DNA of 50,058 bases from Leptolyngbyaceae cyanobacterium (GCA_050331235.1 JBHJHA010000078.1:1-50058); one strand, 5' to 3'. Positions 19,941 to 29,906 are shown, counted from the first letter of the stretch. Numbers and translations: made by a program. The notes: generated from the letters alone by a model not told the origin.

Positions 19941-20081
19941 TGGTCGCAACTGTAATCAAGGGCACGGCATGGCTCCGAAGGATGCGATCCGGGTAATTCT
20001 CGGCCCCATGGCGGCAGTAATGGTGGGGACTGATGTTAGCCGCACTTGATGCAAAGTCTTAAGCTCAGCCGGGTCCTTGAT

Positions 20082-20133
20082 CTTAAATGCCCTCCAGTGT
20101 CCTTACAACAAGGAGGACTGGGGGGCGTTTAAG
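20082..20133. terminator. Long hairpin between convergent genes, probable terminator
   Basis: CTTAAATGCCCTCCAGT (20082-20098) pairs with ACTGGGGGGCGTTTAAG (20117-20133), with two G-U pairs on the plus strand and an inner TCCTT/AAGGA stem. Confidence 0.6.
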
Positions 20134-20197
20134 TAGGTCAAAGAATAGACTTAGCGATCGCTGAGTCTGTTCTTTGAAATTTCAAAATCTTGGTGTT

Positions 20198-20305
20198 CTA
20201 AAAACCAGCCAAGATGAGTAATACTCCAGCCCCTAGCGCCACAAAAGCTAGAACAAGGCCGGCATTAGGACTGCCTTTCCAAGAATAATTTTTTTCTTCA
20301 GCCAT
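20198..20305 (-). CDS. Putative 35-aa single-TM microprotein
   Basis: Manual translation gives MAEEKNYSWKGSPNAGLVLAFVALGAGVLLILAGF*. AAAGGT SD-like sequence lies 9 nt upstream of the ATG. Below the ORF-track length cutoff. Confidence 0.6.
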   Translation of the reverse strand: MAEEKNYSWKGSPNAGLVLAFVALGAGVLLILAGF

Positions 20306-20632
20306 GGTAAATTTACCTTTCGATACGTACATTATTGTGACATTTACTTACCACTACCGTAACGGTAAGAAGATATAGGTTTCCAAAATGAGGGTCGGCA
20401 GACTGCTCCACCGAATTTGTTGGGGTTGCAGCAACCCGTAAGTCGACTTAGTTCAAGCAGTCGGCTTCTCAGATGTAGGGTTCCAGGTTGCAGGACAAGC
20501 CTGGCCGAGCTAGAAACTACCGCATACCTGACGCCATCATATTTCACGACAAAATTTAGGGGCTGAAGCAACTTGCCCCAACCCCTACTGGACGTTCGCG
20601 TACTGCCAACTTAAAAAAAATGTGACTTAGAT

Positions 20633-21250
20633 TTAGCGGTCAGCCGCAGTTGCCTCAAGCGTCCGTTCTTCTATGACGCGATCGATTAAACCGTAGTCCA
20701 TCGCTGCTCGGGCAGACATAAAGTTGTCGCGATCGGTATCTCGCTCAATTTCTTCCAGTGTACGACCAGTATGCTTCGCCAACATCTCGTTGAGCGTTTG
20801 CTTGATGCGCACAACTTCTTTTGCTTCAATCTCGATATCCGTAGCCTGACCCCTTGCCCCGCCAAGTGGCTGGTGAATCATGATGCGAGCATGGGGAAGT
20901 GCCAGCCGCTTACCCGGTGAGCCAGCCGCTAACAAAAACGCGCCCATGGAGGCCGCTAAGCCCACGCAAATCGTGATCACTTCTGATTTAATATGCTGGA
21001 TGGTGTCGTAAATCGCCATCCCCGCCGTGACAGAGCCTCCTGGAGAGTTGATGTAAAGGTAAATTGGCTTGCTGTTGTCATCAGAATCTAAATAAAGCAA
21101 GTACGCCACGATCGCATTGGCAATACTATCGTTTACCTCTTCTGACAAGAAGATAATGCGCTCTCGAAACAGACGCTCATAGATGCTGATCCATTGTTCG
21201 TAAGGGCTGCCCGGCATGCGATATGCCACGCTAGGAACACCAATAGGCAT
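20633..21250 (-). CDS. clpP3: ATP-dependent Clp protease proteolytic subunit, ClpP3 type
   Basis: MPIGVP N-terminus, [16 protein letters not shown] (catalytic Ser), IMIHQP (His) and DRDNFM (Asp). Confidence 0.93.
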   Translation of the reverse strand: MPIGVPSVAYRMPGSPYEQWISIYERLFRERIIFLSEEVNDSIANAIVAYLLYLDSDDNSKPIYLYINSPGGSVTAGMAIYDTIQHIKSEVITICVGLAASMGAFLLAAGSPGKRLALPHARIMIHQPLGGARGQATDIEIEAKEVVRIKQTLNEMLAKHTGRTLEEIERDTDRDNFMSARAAMDYGLIDRVIEERTLEATAADR

Positions 21251-21316
21251 TTGTTAAATTCTCCTAAGACCGTTGAATGTAGCTAAAATAAAGGGCGGAT
21301 AAAGGTCGAAAACTGT

Positions 21317-21955
21317 TCAAGTGGTTCCCCCCAGTACTCGGTCAATCAAACCGTATGTTTGAGCTTGCTGAGGCGTGAGGTAAAACGTCCGATCCATGTC
21401 TTTAGTCAGCTTCTCAACGGCTTGACCAGTATTGCGAGACAACACCTCCATCATCAGTTGACGCTTGGCGATAACTTCATCCGCATTGATTTGGATGTCG
21501 GTTGCCTGCCCCTGGGTCGCAACCTTAGGCTGAGCTAGGGTGATCATGGCATTTGGTAAACTGACTCGTTTGCCGGGGGAGCCAGAGGATAGCAGCACTG
21601 TAGCTACACCAAAACTTTGGCCCAAGCAAATGGTCGTAATTTCGGATTTGATGTGTTGCATCGTATCTAAAATCGCCAGGGTTGCCGTGACTCCCGCCAT
21701 GCCCGAGAACGCATCCGCCATGCCCGCCGTCACCGGATCGCCCATCGAGTTGATATACAAATTGATGGGCTTGCTCTGGTCTTCCGAATCCAGATAGAGC
21801 AGCGCAGAAATGATAGAATTGGCAACTCCCATCGATATTGGCTGGTTAAGAAAAATGATACGTTCCTGACTTAAGCGAGTGTAGATATTGATCCACTGCC
21901 AGTTTTGGCTGCCTGGCACTTGGTAGGGAACGCGCAAGATTTGATCGACTGGCAT
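21317..21955 (-). CDS. Non-catalytic Clp protease subunit-like protein (ClpP3-like N-terminus, ClpR-like remainder)
   Basis: Start ATG 21955 (MPVDQILRVPYQVPGSQNWQWINIY). The triad positions read GQSFGVA, ITLAQP and DRTFYL, so Ser, His and Asp are all replaced. Confidence 0.85.
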   Translation of the reverse strand: MPVDQILRVPYQVPGSQNWQWINIYTRLSQERIIFLNQPISMGVANSIISALLYLDSEDQSKPINLYINSMGDPVTAGMADAFSGMAGVTATLAILDTMQHIKSEITTICLGQSFGVATVLLSSGSPGKRVSLPNAMITLAQPKVATQGQATDIQINADEVIAKRQLMMEVLSRNTGQAVEKLTKDMDRTFYLTPQQAQTYGLIDRVLGGTT

Positions 21956-21959
21956 AACT

Positions 21960-22655
21960 CTAAGCCATTGCTGGCATCGCTTTGGGCAAATCTTTAGTAC
22001 TTTCCAACACCCGGTCAATCAAGCCATATTCTTTAGCTTGTTCTGGGGTGAGGTAGAACGTGCGATCAGTATCTTTCGCAATCTTCTCTGCAGATTGACC
22101 GGTATTGCGAGACAAGATGTCGAGCATGGCCGCCTTGTTGTCTAACACCTCTTTGGCTCGGATCTGGATATCGGTGGCTTGGCCCCGCCCCATGCCGACC
22201 CGTGGCTGATTTAGCACGATAGTAGCGTTGGGCAAACTGGCTCGATAGCCCTTAGTTCCAGCAGAGAGAATCATGGCCGCTGTGCCCATGGCTTGGCCAA
22301 TACAAATAGTGTGTACTGGTGGCTTGACATAGCCGATGGTGTCGCAAATCGCGAACGCCTCGGTATCTTGACCGATTGCATCGCCGGTGTACCACGAGGT
22401 GCCAGTGGAGTTGATGTAGAAATAGATTGGCTTGTCTGGATCGTCAAACTGCAGAAACAAAAGCTGCGCAATGATCAGCTTGGTTACGTCAACGCCCAGT
22501 TGCCGCTTGTATTCATCGGCGGATACAAGGGGCAGCCCCAGATAAATAATGCGCTCTTTCAACAGTAAAGAAGGCAAATCAGGCGGTGGTGTCCGGTAGT
22601 AAGCACCACCCCCACCCCCATAAGGGGCTTGTACAGCACGAATGTTTGAGCTCAT
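21960..22655 (-). CDS. clpR: Clp protease non-catalytic subunit ClpR
   Basis: RTPPPDLPSLLLKERIIYLGLPL, the ClpR insertions, INSTGTSWY, GQAMGTAA and IVLNQP. Confidence 0.92.
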   Translation of the reverse strand: MSSNIRAVQAPYGGGGGAYYRTPPPDLPSLLLKERIIYLGLPLVSADEYKRQLGVDVTKLIIAQLLFLQFDDPDKPIYFYINSTGTSWYTGDAIGQDTEAFAICDTIGYVKPPVHTICIGQAMGTAAMILSAGTKGYRASLPNATIVLNQPRVGMGRGQATDIQIRAKEVLDNKAAMLDILSRNTGQSAEKIAKDTDRTFYLTPEQAKEYGLIDRVLESTKDLPKAMPAMA

Positions 22656-22775
22656 AAACGGAATGTAATAACTTAAGGCTTCCCAGTTCCTAACATAGTA
22701 ACGTGTGTGTGAATGGCGTCAGTGGGCGAGATAACCCTACACCGTTCCTCGATCTCTCGTTTGGAGTGCCGCTGT

Positions 22776-24014
22776 ATGAGTGTCACGGTGCACTGCGCCC
22801 TCAGTGATCCCTTTCTGAATAGCCAGCAAACAGCCAGTCAGCGCCAGCTTGCGATCTCTTTGCAAGTTGGCACGGGCATGGATACCGATCAGGCCCCGCT
22901 TAACTTGAGCTTGATTTTGGATCACAGCGGCTCGATGAATGGCCCGCCTCTGATAACGGTGAAAGATGCAGCTTGCCGTTTGGTTGATCAGCTATCTGAG
23001 CAAGACTCACTGTCAATCATTGTGTTTGATCATCAAGCCAAGGTCTTAGTGCCCCTGCAATCGGTGAGCGATCGCGACCGAATCAAGGACAAAATCAACC
23101 GGCTGAAACCCAGTGGGGGGACTGCCATTGACGAGGGCATGAAGCTGGGCATCGAAGAAGCCGCCCAAGGCAAGCAAGGGAGAGTCTCACAGATTTTTCT
23201 ACTGACGGATGGGGAAAACGAACACGGTGACAATCAGCGGTGTCTCAAGCTCGCCCAAGTTGCGGCTGACTACACCTTAACGCTGAATGCCCTAGGCTTT
23301 GGTGACCACTGGAACCAGGATGTGCTGGAGCAGATTGCGGATGCTGGGGGAGGCGCTTTATCTTATATCGAGACGCCTGATACTGCTGTAGATGAGTTCA
23401 CCCGCTTGTTAACCAGAGCTCAGTCAGTCTTGTTTACGAATGCATATCTCCACCTCACTTTGTTGCCGGGGGTGCGCTTAGCGGAGCTCAAACCCATTGC
23501 ACAAGTTGCTCCTGAAACCGTTGAGATGACCTATAACCAATCTGGGAATGAGGTCATCATTCGCCTAGGGGATTTGATGTCTGATGTTCCCCGTGTGGTG
23601 TTAACCAATCTGTACATCGGTGCCCAGGGGGAAGGGACGTTTCCCGTGGCCAAAGCCTTTGTCCGCTACGACGCTCCTGTAACTGGACAAACCGAGATAG
23701 AGTCAGACATCGTTCATGTCAGTGCCACGTCTCAGACCGCTTACCGGGGGGCTCCTAACCATCAAGTTCAAAAGTACGTTTTGACCTTGGCTAAATATCG
23801 CCAAACCCAGATTGCCGAGCGCAAGTTGGCTGCGGGTGATCGCCAAGGGGCTGTGACGTTGCTCCAGTCAGCCGCTAAAACGGCCTTGCAAATGGGTGAT
23901 CAGGGAGCTGCTACCATCCTGCAAGAAAACGCTACTCAGTTACAGTCAGGCAAAGAGCTTTCAGAACGCGATCGCAAACGTACGCGAATTGTTTCCAAAA
24001 CGCAGCTTCAATAG
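22776..24014 (+). CDS. von Willebrand factor type A domain protein
   Basis: PLNLSLILDHSGSM (MIDAS DxSxS), GGTAIDEG, LLTDGENEHG and GFGDHWNQDVLEQIA. Confidence 0.9.
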   Translation: MSVTVHCALSDPFLNSQQTASQRQLAISLQVGTGMDTDQAPLNLSLILDHSGSMNGPPLITVKDAACRLVDQLSEQDSLSIIVFDHQAKVLVPLQSVSDRDRIKDKINRLKPSGGTAIDEGMKLGIEEAAQGKQGRVSQIFLLTDGENEHGDNQRCLKLAQVAADYTLTLNALGFGDHWNQDVLEQIADAGGGALSYIETPDTAVDEFTRLLTRAQSVLFTNAYLHLTLLPGVRLAELKPIAQVAPETVEMTYNQSGNEVIIRLGDLMSDVPRVVLTNLYIGAQGEGTFPVAKAFVRYDAPVTGQTEIESDIVHVSATSQTAYRGAPNHQVQKYVLTLAKYRQTQIAERKLAAGDRQGAVTLLQSAAKTALQMGDQGAATILQENATQLQSGKELSERDRKRTRIVSKTQLQ

Positions 24015-24019
24015 GTGCA

Positions 24020-25075
24020 ATGCAGATTATCACTACGCCCTTTACCGTGGATAAACGGGTCGCGTTGACCATTAGCCGAGGCACTACTGCGGCTTCTGAC
24101 AATCTGTGGGTGCGATTAATTGCCGACGGCATCGAGGGTTGGGGAGAAGCTTCAGCCTTTTCAGTGGGGACTCATACTCAAACGGCAGCTCAGCTAGAAA
24201 CAGAGTTGGCCACGCTGGCTCCAGCTTTAGCTCCGATACATCCACTAGAGCGGCAAAAGCTGACTCCTTTGTTGGAAAACCTGAACTCAGCTGCCAGGGC
24301 TGCTGTCGATACGGCGCTCTATGACTGGTTAGGCAAAAAGGTGGCCCTGCCACTCTGGCAGCTATGGGGACTAGACCGCAAGAACATCGGCCCCACTGCG
24401 GTGACGGTGGGGATTAATACTCCCGGGCAGGCTGTCGAACGGCTACATCAATGGCAAAACCAGATTCCGACGGTCAAATCGATTAAGGTTAAATTAGGTA
24501 ACCCAGCTGGCCTAGCAGCTGACCAAGCCATGATGACGGCCCTACTGGCGGAAATTCCACCCGATACTAAAATTAGCGTTGACGCCAACGGGGGATGGGA
24601 CTTGGAAACTGCGATCGCAATGTCAAAATGGCTCGCTGATCGCAATATTGCCTACCTCGAACAGCCTTTACCTATATCTTTAGATCACCAACTCGCCAGT
24701 CTGTCAGCTCGATCTCCATTGCCGGTCTTCATTGACGAGAGCTGCTTTACCGCTACAGATGTCGCCCGGTTAGCCGGCAAAGTTCAGGGAATCAACATCA
24801 AGCTCATGAAAGCCGGCGGCATTCGTGAAGCTTGGCGAATGATTCATACTGCCAGAGCCTGCGGCTTAGCGGTCATGTTCGGCTGCTACTCTGATAGCAG
24901 CATTGCCAATACGGTGATGGCCCATCTGGCTCCCTTGGCTGACCATCTGGATTTAGATAGTCACCTCAACCTAAAAAATGATCCCTTCAGCGGAGCGACC
25001 ATGCAGGCTGGTTGTTTAGTACCTAACGACTTGCCCGGTTTAGGACTCACTTGCCATGAATTACCTCACTACTGA
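24020..25075 (+). CDS. Dipeptide epimerase / enolase-superfamily racemase (L-Ala-D/L-Glu epimerase or DgcA-like)
   Basis: LTISRGT, GWGEA, KVKLG (KxK), VDANGGW, EQP, DES, NIKLMKAGG and DLD motifs. Confidence 0.88.
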   Translation: MQIITTPFTVDKRVALTISRGTTAASDNLWVRLIADGIEGWGEASAFSVGTHTQTAAQLETELATLAPALAPIHPLERQKLTPLLENLNSAARAAVDTALYDWLGKKVALPLWQLWGLDRKNIGPTAVTVGINTPGQAVERLHQWQNQIPTVKSIKVKLGNPAGLAADQAMMTALLAEIPPDTKISVDANGGWDLETAIAMSKWLADRNIAYLEQPLPISLDHQLASLSARSPLPVFIDESCFTATDVARLAGKVQGINIKLMKAGGIREAWRMIHTARACGLAVMFGCYSDSSIANTVMAHLAPLADHLDLDSHLNLKNDPFSGATMQAGCLVPNDLPGLGLTCHELPHY

Positions 25076-26111
25076 TCACCGCATTGCTCTGTTGATGCAC
25101 GAAGGGCTCGATAATCCAGGGGGGAAGACCGGGCTCGCGATTCTTCGCTACAGTCCGCTCAATGTGGTAGCGGTGATTGATCAACAATACGCAGGCAGCT
25201 CATTGGCAGCGGTAACCGGTATCGCTCGCGAAGTTCCCGTTGTTGCCACCGTCGCCGATGCCTTAGCCCTTGCCCCTACGGTGTTGACTATCGGCATTGC
25301 TCCCTCCGGTGGGGCGCTACCATCCCCTTGGTATGCAGAGGTTAAAACTGCGGTCAAAGCTGGCCTTTGCATCGTTAACGGTCTTCATATACCTATGGCA
25401 AAAGATCCAGAACTGGTTAAGGATCTGGGTCCGCAGCAGTGGATTTGGGATGTCCGGCAAGAACCGCCAGGGCTATCAATCGCTAGCGGCGCGGCGCGGT
25501 CTCTTAACTGTCTGCGAGTACTGCCAGTGGGTACGGATATGGCAATCGGTAAGATGTCGACTAACCTAGAACTCCATCAGCTTGCGCGCCAACAAGGATT
25601 ACGTTCAAAGGTAATTGCTACCGGGCAGACCAATTTGATGCTCGGGGACGATGGCATCCCCCTTGACTCAATTCGTGTGGACTTTGCGGCCGGTGCCGTC
25701 GAGCAGCAAGTTATGAGATACGGCAAAGACCATGACATTTTGTTCATCGAGGGCCAGGGCTCTTTTTTTCATCCCGGATCGACCGCAACATTACCCTTAA
25801 TGCGGGGAAGCCAGCCGACCCATTTGATCATGGTGCATCGTGCCGGACAAACCCATATTCGAAATCATCCTACTGTTCCGCTACCTTCACTCACCGTAGC
25901 CATCTCGATATATGAGGCGATCGCCCATGCGGGCGGCGCTTTTGGATCAGCTAAAGTAACTGGAGTTGCTCTCAATACCCAGGCGCTGAGTGAGCAAGCA
26001 GCTCGCAAAATGGTGATCGATGTGCAGGAAGAAACCGGCTTACCAACAACAGATGTCATTCGGTTTGGCGCGGAAAACTTACTTGAGGCGATACTCAGCT
26101 CGAAACCTTGA
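25056..26111 (+). CDS. DUF1611 family protein (DgcN-like)
   Basis: GKTG, GIAPSGG, NGLH, WDVR, VGTDMAIGKM, ATGQT, DFAAGAVE and IEGQGS motifs. Overlaps the epimerase gene by 20 nt. Confidence 0.88.
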   Translation: MNYLTTDHRIALLMHEGLDNPGGKTGLAILRYSPLNVVAVIDQQYAGSSLAAVTGIAREVPVVATVADALALAPTVLTIGIAPSGGALPSPWYAEVKTAVKAGLCIVNGLHIPMAKDPELVKDLGPQQWIWDVRQEPPGLSIASGAARSLNCLRVLPVGTDMAIGKMSTNLELHQLARQQGLRSKVIATGQTNLMLGDDGIPLDSIRVDFAAGAVEQQVMRYGKDHDILFIEGQGSFFHPGSTATLPLMRGSQPTHLIMVHRAGQTHIRNHPTVPLPSLTVAISIYEAIAHAGGAFGSAKVTGVALNTQALSEQAARKMVIDVQEETGLPTTDVIRFGAENLLEAILSSKP

Positions 26112-26126
26112 GCGGCGCTTAGGAAA

Positions 26127-26351
26127 TTATTTCTTGCGCAAACGATAGGTGATCCGTCCCTTGCTCAAATCATAAGGAGTCAATTCAACCTTGACGCGAT
26201 CCCCAGGCAAGATTTTGATGTAGTTTCGGCGAATCTTACCTGAAATGTGGGCCAATACATTAAAGCCGTTGTCGAGGTCCACTCGAAACATGGCATTCGG
26301 CAAAGACTCCGTAACGGTGCCTTCCATCTCAATCAAATCTTGCTTAGACAA
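26127..26351 (-). CDS. infA: Translation initiation factor IF-1
   Basis: [23 protein letters not shown]...HISGKIR. TTG start with a GGAGG SD. Confidence 0.97.
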   Translation of the reverse strand: MSKQDLIEMEGTVTESLPNAMFRVDLDNGFNVLAHISGKIRRNYIKILPGDRVKVELTPYDLSKGRITYRLRKK

Positions 26352-26483
26352 ACGATTACCTCCAAAAACCCATGGAAAATTTGCTCTGTATCCTTAGCAA
26401 ATTCACCCCACTTTCGTAAATACTTGCTAACTAGAGTAGCAAATTTGGCAAACAAATTCTCAGTCTTCCCTTATTTACAGGGG

Positions 26484-27050
26484 TTAGACTTGCACCACCT
26501 TAGTCAAATCATTGGTAACTCGGTCAACTACCTGATTCCCATCAATAGAGACCAGCTTTTGTTGACTACGATAAAACTCAATCAAAGGTTCAGTTTTTTG
26601 ACGATAAACCTCAAGCCGGTGACGAATCGTAGACTCTTCATCATCAGATCGTCCTTCTTGCTGTCCCCGCTGGACAAGACGCGAAATGATCACTTCGTCC
26701 GGCACTTCAAGATTGACTACGCAGTCAATCGGTTGATCGAGCTTCTGCAGCAGTTCTTCTAAAAAAGTCGCCTGTTGAGTGTTACGGGGAAATCCATCAA
26801 GGATCCATCCATTAACCGTATCGTTAGCAGTCAATCGCTCTTCAATTAGGCTCAAAACCAATTCATCAGGAACTAGCTCTCCACTATCGAGGTAGAACTT
26901 AGCCTTCTTGCCTAACTCTGTTTGCATTGCAACTGCAGTTCGAAAAATATCTCCAGTTGATATGTGCGGAACTTGGCAGGTCTGGGATAACCTTTTTGCC
27001 TGAGTTCCTTTGCCTGCGCCAGGAGGTCCCAAGAAAATTAAACGAGTCAC
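26484..27050 (-). CDS. adk: Adenylate kinase (short-LID type)
   Basis: GPPGAGKGTQ, HISTGD, LDGFPR and RSDD motifs. Confidence 0.96.
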   Translation of the reverse strand: MTRLIFLGPPGAGKGTQAKRLSQTCQVPHISTGDIFRTAVAMQTELGKKAKFYLDSGELVPDELVLSLIEERLTANDTVNGWILDGFPRNTQQATFLEELLQKLDQPIDCVVNLEVPDEVIISRLVQRGQQEGRSDDEESTIRHRLEVYRQKTEPLIEFYRSQQKLVSIDGNQVVDRVTNDLTKVVQV

Positions 27051-28363
27051 TATTGTTTCACCATTCCTTCGTAGCGTTGAGAGATCACATAGGTTTGAAT
27101 CTGCTTAGCAGTATCGATAGCCACACCTACTAAGATCAGTAGCGACGTGGCCCCCAACCCTCGGAAAGTTTGGACCCGAGTCGCACTCTCAACCGCACTA
27201 GGAATTACCGCAACGAGACCCAAGAAGATGGCACCCAAAAAGGTCAACCGATTCAGAACGCGCCCTAGGTAGTCTGAGGTCGCCTTGCCCGGACGAATAC
27301 CCGGAATACTTGCCCCCATCTTTTTGAGGTTGCGGGACATATCCTCAGGATTTACCACCAAAGATGCATAAAAATAGCTAAAAAACAGGATCAGCAATAG
27401 ATAAAGCGCTACATACAGGAGAGACGTAGGATTTAAATAGTTGCCAACGAAGTTGACAAAAGCTGGATTGCTGACGTACTGCGTTAAAGAGAGCGGCAGC
27501 ACAAGGACTGCTGAGGCAAAAATAATTGGCATTACGCCGCCCTGATTGAGGCGCAAGGGTAAATAATTGCTCTGTTCCAAGTACAGCTTTCTGCCTACCT
27601 GCCGCCGCGCAGAAATAATAGGAATCCGGCGCGTTCCCTCCTGAACAAAGACGATACCAACAATCATTGCTAAGAAGACTAACAGAAGAATGATGACACC
27701 ACCAACCAAATTGCGATCGCCACTCTGAGCCAGTTCCACCGTCTGGTTCAGAGAACGAGGCAAGGTAGAAACGATGTTTAAGAAAATTAGCAGCGAAGCA
27801 CCATTCCCTAAACCCCGCTCAGTGATGAGTTCCCCAACCCACATCACAAACATGGATCCAGCAGTTAGCGCAATCACAGTTTGGAAAACAAAGAAAATTC
27901 CTGGCTGCTCCGCAAAGGGGGCCAACAAAAATAATGAAAGCAAAGTGCTTTGCAGAATAGCCCAACCCAAAGCAACGTAGCGAGTAATTTGAGAGATGCG
28001 TCTACGCCCAGCCTCTCCCTCGTTCTTCTGCAAATCTTCAAGCGAGGGAATTGCGGCCGTCAGTAGCTGCATAATGATTGAAGCATTGATGAAAGGCAAA
28101 ATGCCTAACGCAAAAATCCCTAGAGCCGATAAACCGCCGCCGACAAAAATGTCGATGAAGCCAACAAATCCGCCCAAGCTACCAGACTGAATCGCATCGC
28201 CAAAAGCGCTTCGATCAATTCCGGGAACAGGAATAAAGACCCCCAAACGCACCAAGACCAACAAGCCTAGGGTTAATAACAGTCGGCTCCGTAAGCCAGC
28301 CGCCTGTGCCATCTGCATGAAAGTTTCCTGGGCACTGGGATTTTTACCGCGGCTAACAACCAT
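27050..28363 (-). CDS. secY: Preprotein translocase subunit SecY
   Basis: FALGILPFINASIIMQLL, GLGNGASLLIF, GVMPIIFA, IPGIRPG and TSLLILVGV motifs. Confidence 0.98.
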   Translation of the reverse strand: MVVSRGKNPSAQETFMQMAQAAGLRSRLLLTLGLLVLVRLGVFIPVPGIDRSAFGDAIQSGSLGGFVGFIDIFVGGGLSALGIFALGILPFINASIIMQLLTAAIPSLEDLQKNEGEAGRRRISQITRYVALGWAILQSTLLSLFLLAPFAEQPGIFFVFQTVIALTAGSMFVMWVGELITERGLGNGASLLIFLNIVSTLPRSLNQTVELAQSGDRNLVGGVIILLLVFLAMIVGIVFVQEGTRRIPIISARRQVGRKLYLEQSNYLPLRLNQGGVMPIIFASAVLVLPLSLTQYVSNPAFVNFVGNYLNPTSLLYVALYLLLILFFSYFYASLVVNPEDMSRNLKKMGASIPGIRPGKATSDYLGRVLNRLTFLGAIFLGLVAVIPSAVESATRVQTFRGLGATSLLILVGVAIDTAKQIQTYVISQRYEGMVKQ

Positions 28364-28475
28364 ATCTCAAACTACCTCGTGGGCATTCGCTAACAAAAAT
28401 TGGCACTACCATGACTAATGCATCTACTGGAAAGCCAGTAAACCTCTTAAGGCGATCATAGCGACTGAAGGGTCG

Positions 28476-28922
28476 CTATGGAAGCAATTCATAGGTTCCG
28501 CCTGCAGCTTCAATTTTTTGACGAGCCGATTTTGTGAAAGCGGCAGCCTTAACAGTAAGCGAGTTGGATAATTCACCATCGCCTAGCACTTTTAATGGGC
28601 CGTTTTGAGCTGTCAAAATCCCTGCCTCTAGCAGAAATTCTAAAGTCACCTCGGTACCAGCTCCCAAGTCCGCTAAGTCACTGACATTAATAATCGTGTA
28701 GGATTTACGATTCACAACTGGAAAGTGCTTTAGCTTGGGAACCCGACGATATAGGGGTAACTGTCCACCCTCAAATCCTGGGCGTGTCCCCCGACCAGAA
28801 CGAGACTTTTGTCCTCGCATGCCGAAACCGCAACTAGCACCCTGTCCAGCCGAAATACCGCGACCGACCCGTCGCCCTCGCTGCTTTGAGCCCGACTTGG
28901 GCTGAGCATCGTTAATGCGCAT
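28476..28922 (-). CDS. rplO: 50S ribosomal protein L15
   Basis: [11 protein letters not shown] and [15 protein letters not shown]. Confidence 0.97.
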   Translation of the reverse strand: MRINDAQPKSGSKQRGRRVGRGISAGQGASCGFGMRGQKSRSGRGTRPGFEGGQLPLYRRVPKLKHFPVVNRKSYTIINVSDLADLGAGTEVTLEFLLEAGILTAQNGPLKVLGDGELSNSLTVKAAAFTKSARQKIEAAGGTYELLP

Positions 28923-28969
28923 GATTTGCTCCTAACCAACTCACTCTTACAAAATCTTTTCAGCAGTTG

Positions 28970-29494
28970 TTAAGCATAAAGCTTTTCAACTGGAATTCCG
29001 CGCTCTTCAGCAACCTCAGAAAGTGTCCTCAAAGACGCTAAGGCATCAGCAGCGGCACGAGCATTGTTGAGTGGATTATTGGAACCTAGCTGCTTTGCCA
29101 GAACGTTCCGCACACCAGCCAGCTCCAATACAGTTCTTACCGCACCGCCGGCAATTACGCCAGTACCAGGAGCGGCAGGTCTCATAAAGACCTTAGCACC
29201 ACCCCCGAACCCGGTTGCCTGCTGGGGCAAAGAATAGGAACGGGTCAGAGGAACATCGACTAAATGTTTTTTGCCGTCTGCGACTCCCTTTTTCACCGCC
29301 CCGATAACGTCACCGGCTTTGCCAACCCCAACGCCAACTTGTCCACGTTCATTACCAACTACGACGATCGCCCGAAAGCTGAGCTTTTTACCCCCTTTCA
29401 CGACCTTAGTAACTCGACGGATCTGAACCACCCGTTCCTGCCACTCCGACTCTTTCTCTTTACTGCGAGTATTCTTACGACGATTGTTTGCCAT
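28970..29494 (-). CDS. rpsE: 30S ribosomal protein S5
   Basis: [10 protein letters not shown] and [12 protein letters not shown]. Confidence 0.97.
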   Translation of the reverse strand: MANNRRKNTRSKEKESEWQERVVQIRRVTKVVKGGKKLSFRAIVVVGNERGQVGVGVGKAGDVIGAVKKGVADGKKHLVDVPLTRSYSLPQQATGFGGGAKVFMRPAAPGTGVIAGGAVRTVLELAGVRNVLAKQLGSNNPLNNARAAADALASLRTLSEVAEERGIPVEKLYA

Positions 29495-29544
29495 CACACA
29501 TGTTTCCTATAGCAATATCTCAAAGGGCCAACTAACCCATAGCC

Positions 29545-29904
29545 TTAAAAGGACAATCCCGCTTCACGAGCCGCTTCAGCCAAAGCCGCAATACGACCGT
29601 GGTAGAGCTTACCGCCTCGGTCAAAAACAACCTGCTTGACGCCCTTTTCTAGAGCGCGCTCAGCAATGAGCTGTCCCACGGCTTGGGCCCCTTCTTGGGT
29701 GCTAGCTTTAACGTCCCCTTTCAATCCGGACTCTAGCGTTGAAGCCGCAGCCAACGTATGGTGAGTGGTGTCGTCAATCAGCTGAGCATAAATGTTTTGA
29801 TTGGAACGAAAAACCGCTAACCGAGGTCTTTCGGGAGTTCCAAAAATACGTCGCCGAACTCGAGCATGGCGACGACGGGTGAGATCTTTCCGACTTGCCT
29901 TCAT
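29545..29904 (-). CDS. rplR: 50S ribosomal protein L18
   Basis: [10 protein letters not shown] and [13 protein letters not shown]. Confidence 0.97.
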   Translation of the reverse strand: MKASRKDLTRRRHARVRRRIFGTPERPRLAVFRSNQNIYAQLIDDTTHHTLAAASTLESGLKGDVKASTQEGAQAVGQLIAERALEKGVKQVVFDRGGKLYHGRIAALAEAAREAGLSF

Positions 29905-29906
29905 GA

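Noticed and set aside
20344..20571. 75-aa minus-strand ORF downstream of clpP3
   Set aside because: TTG start without an SD and no motifs. The 35-aa ORF further downstream is the better coding candidate.
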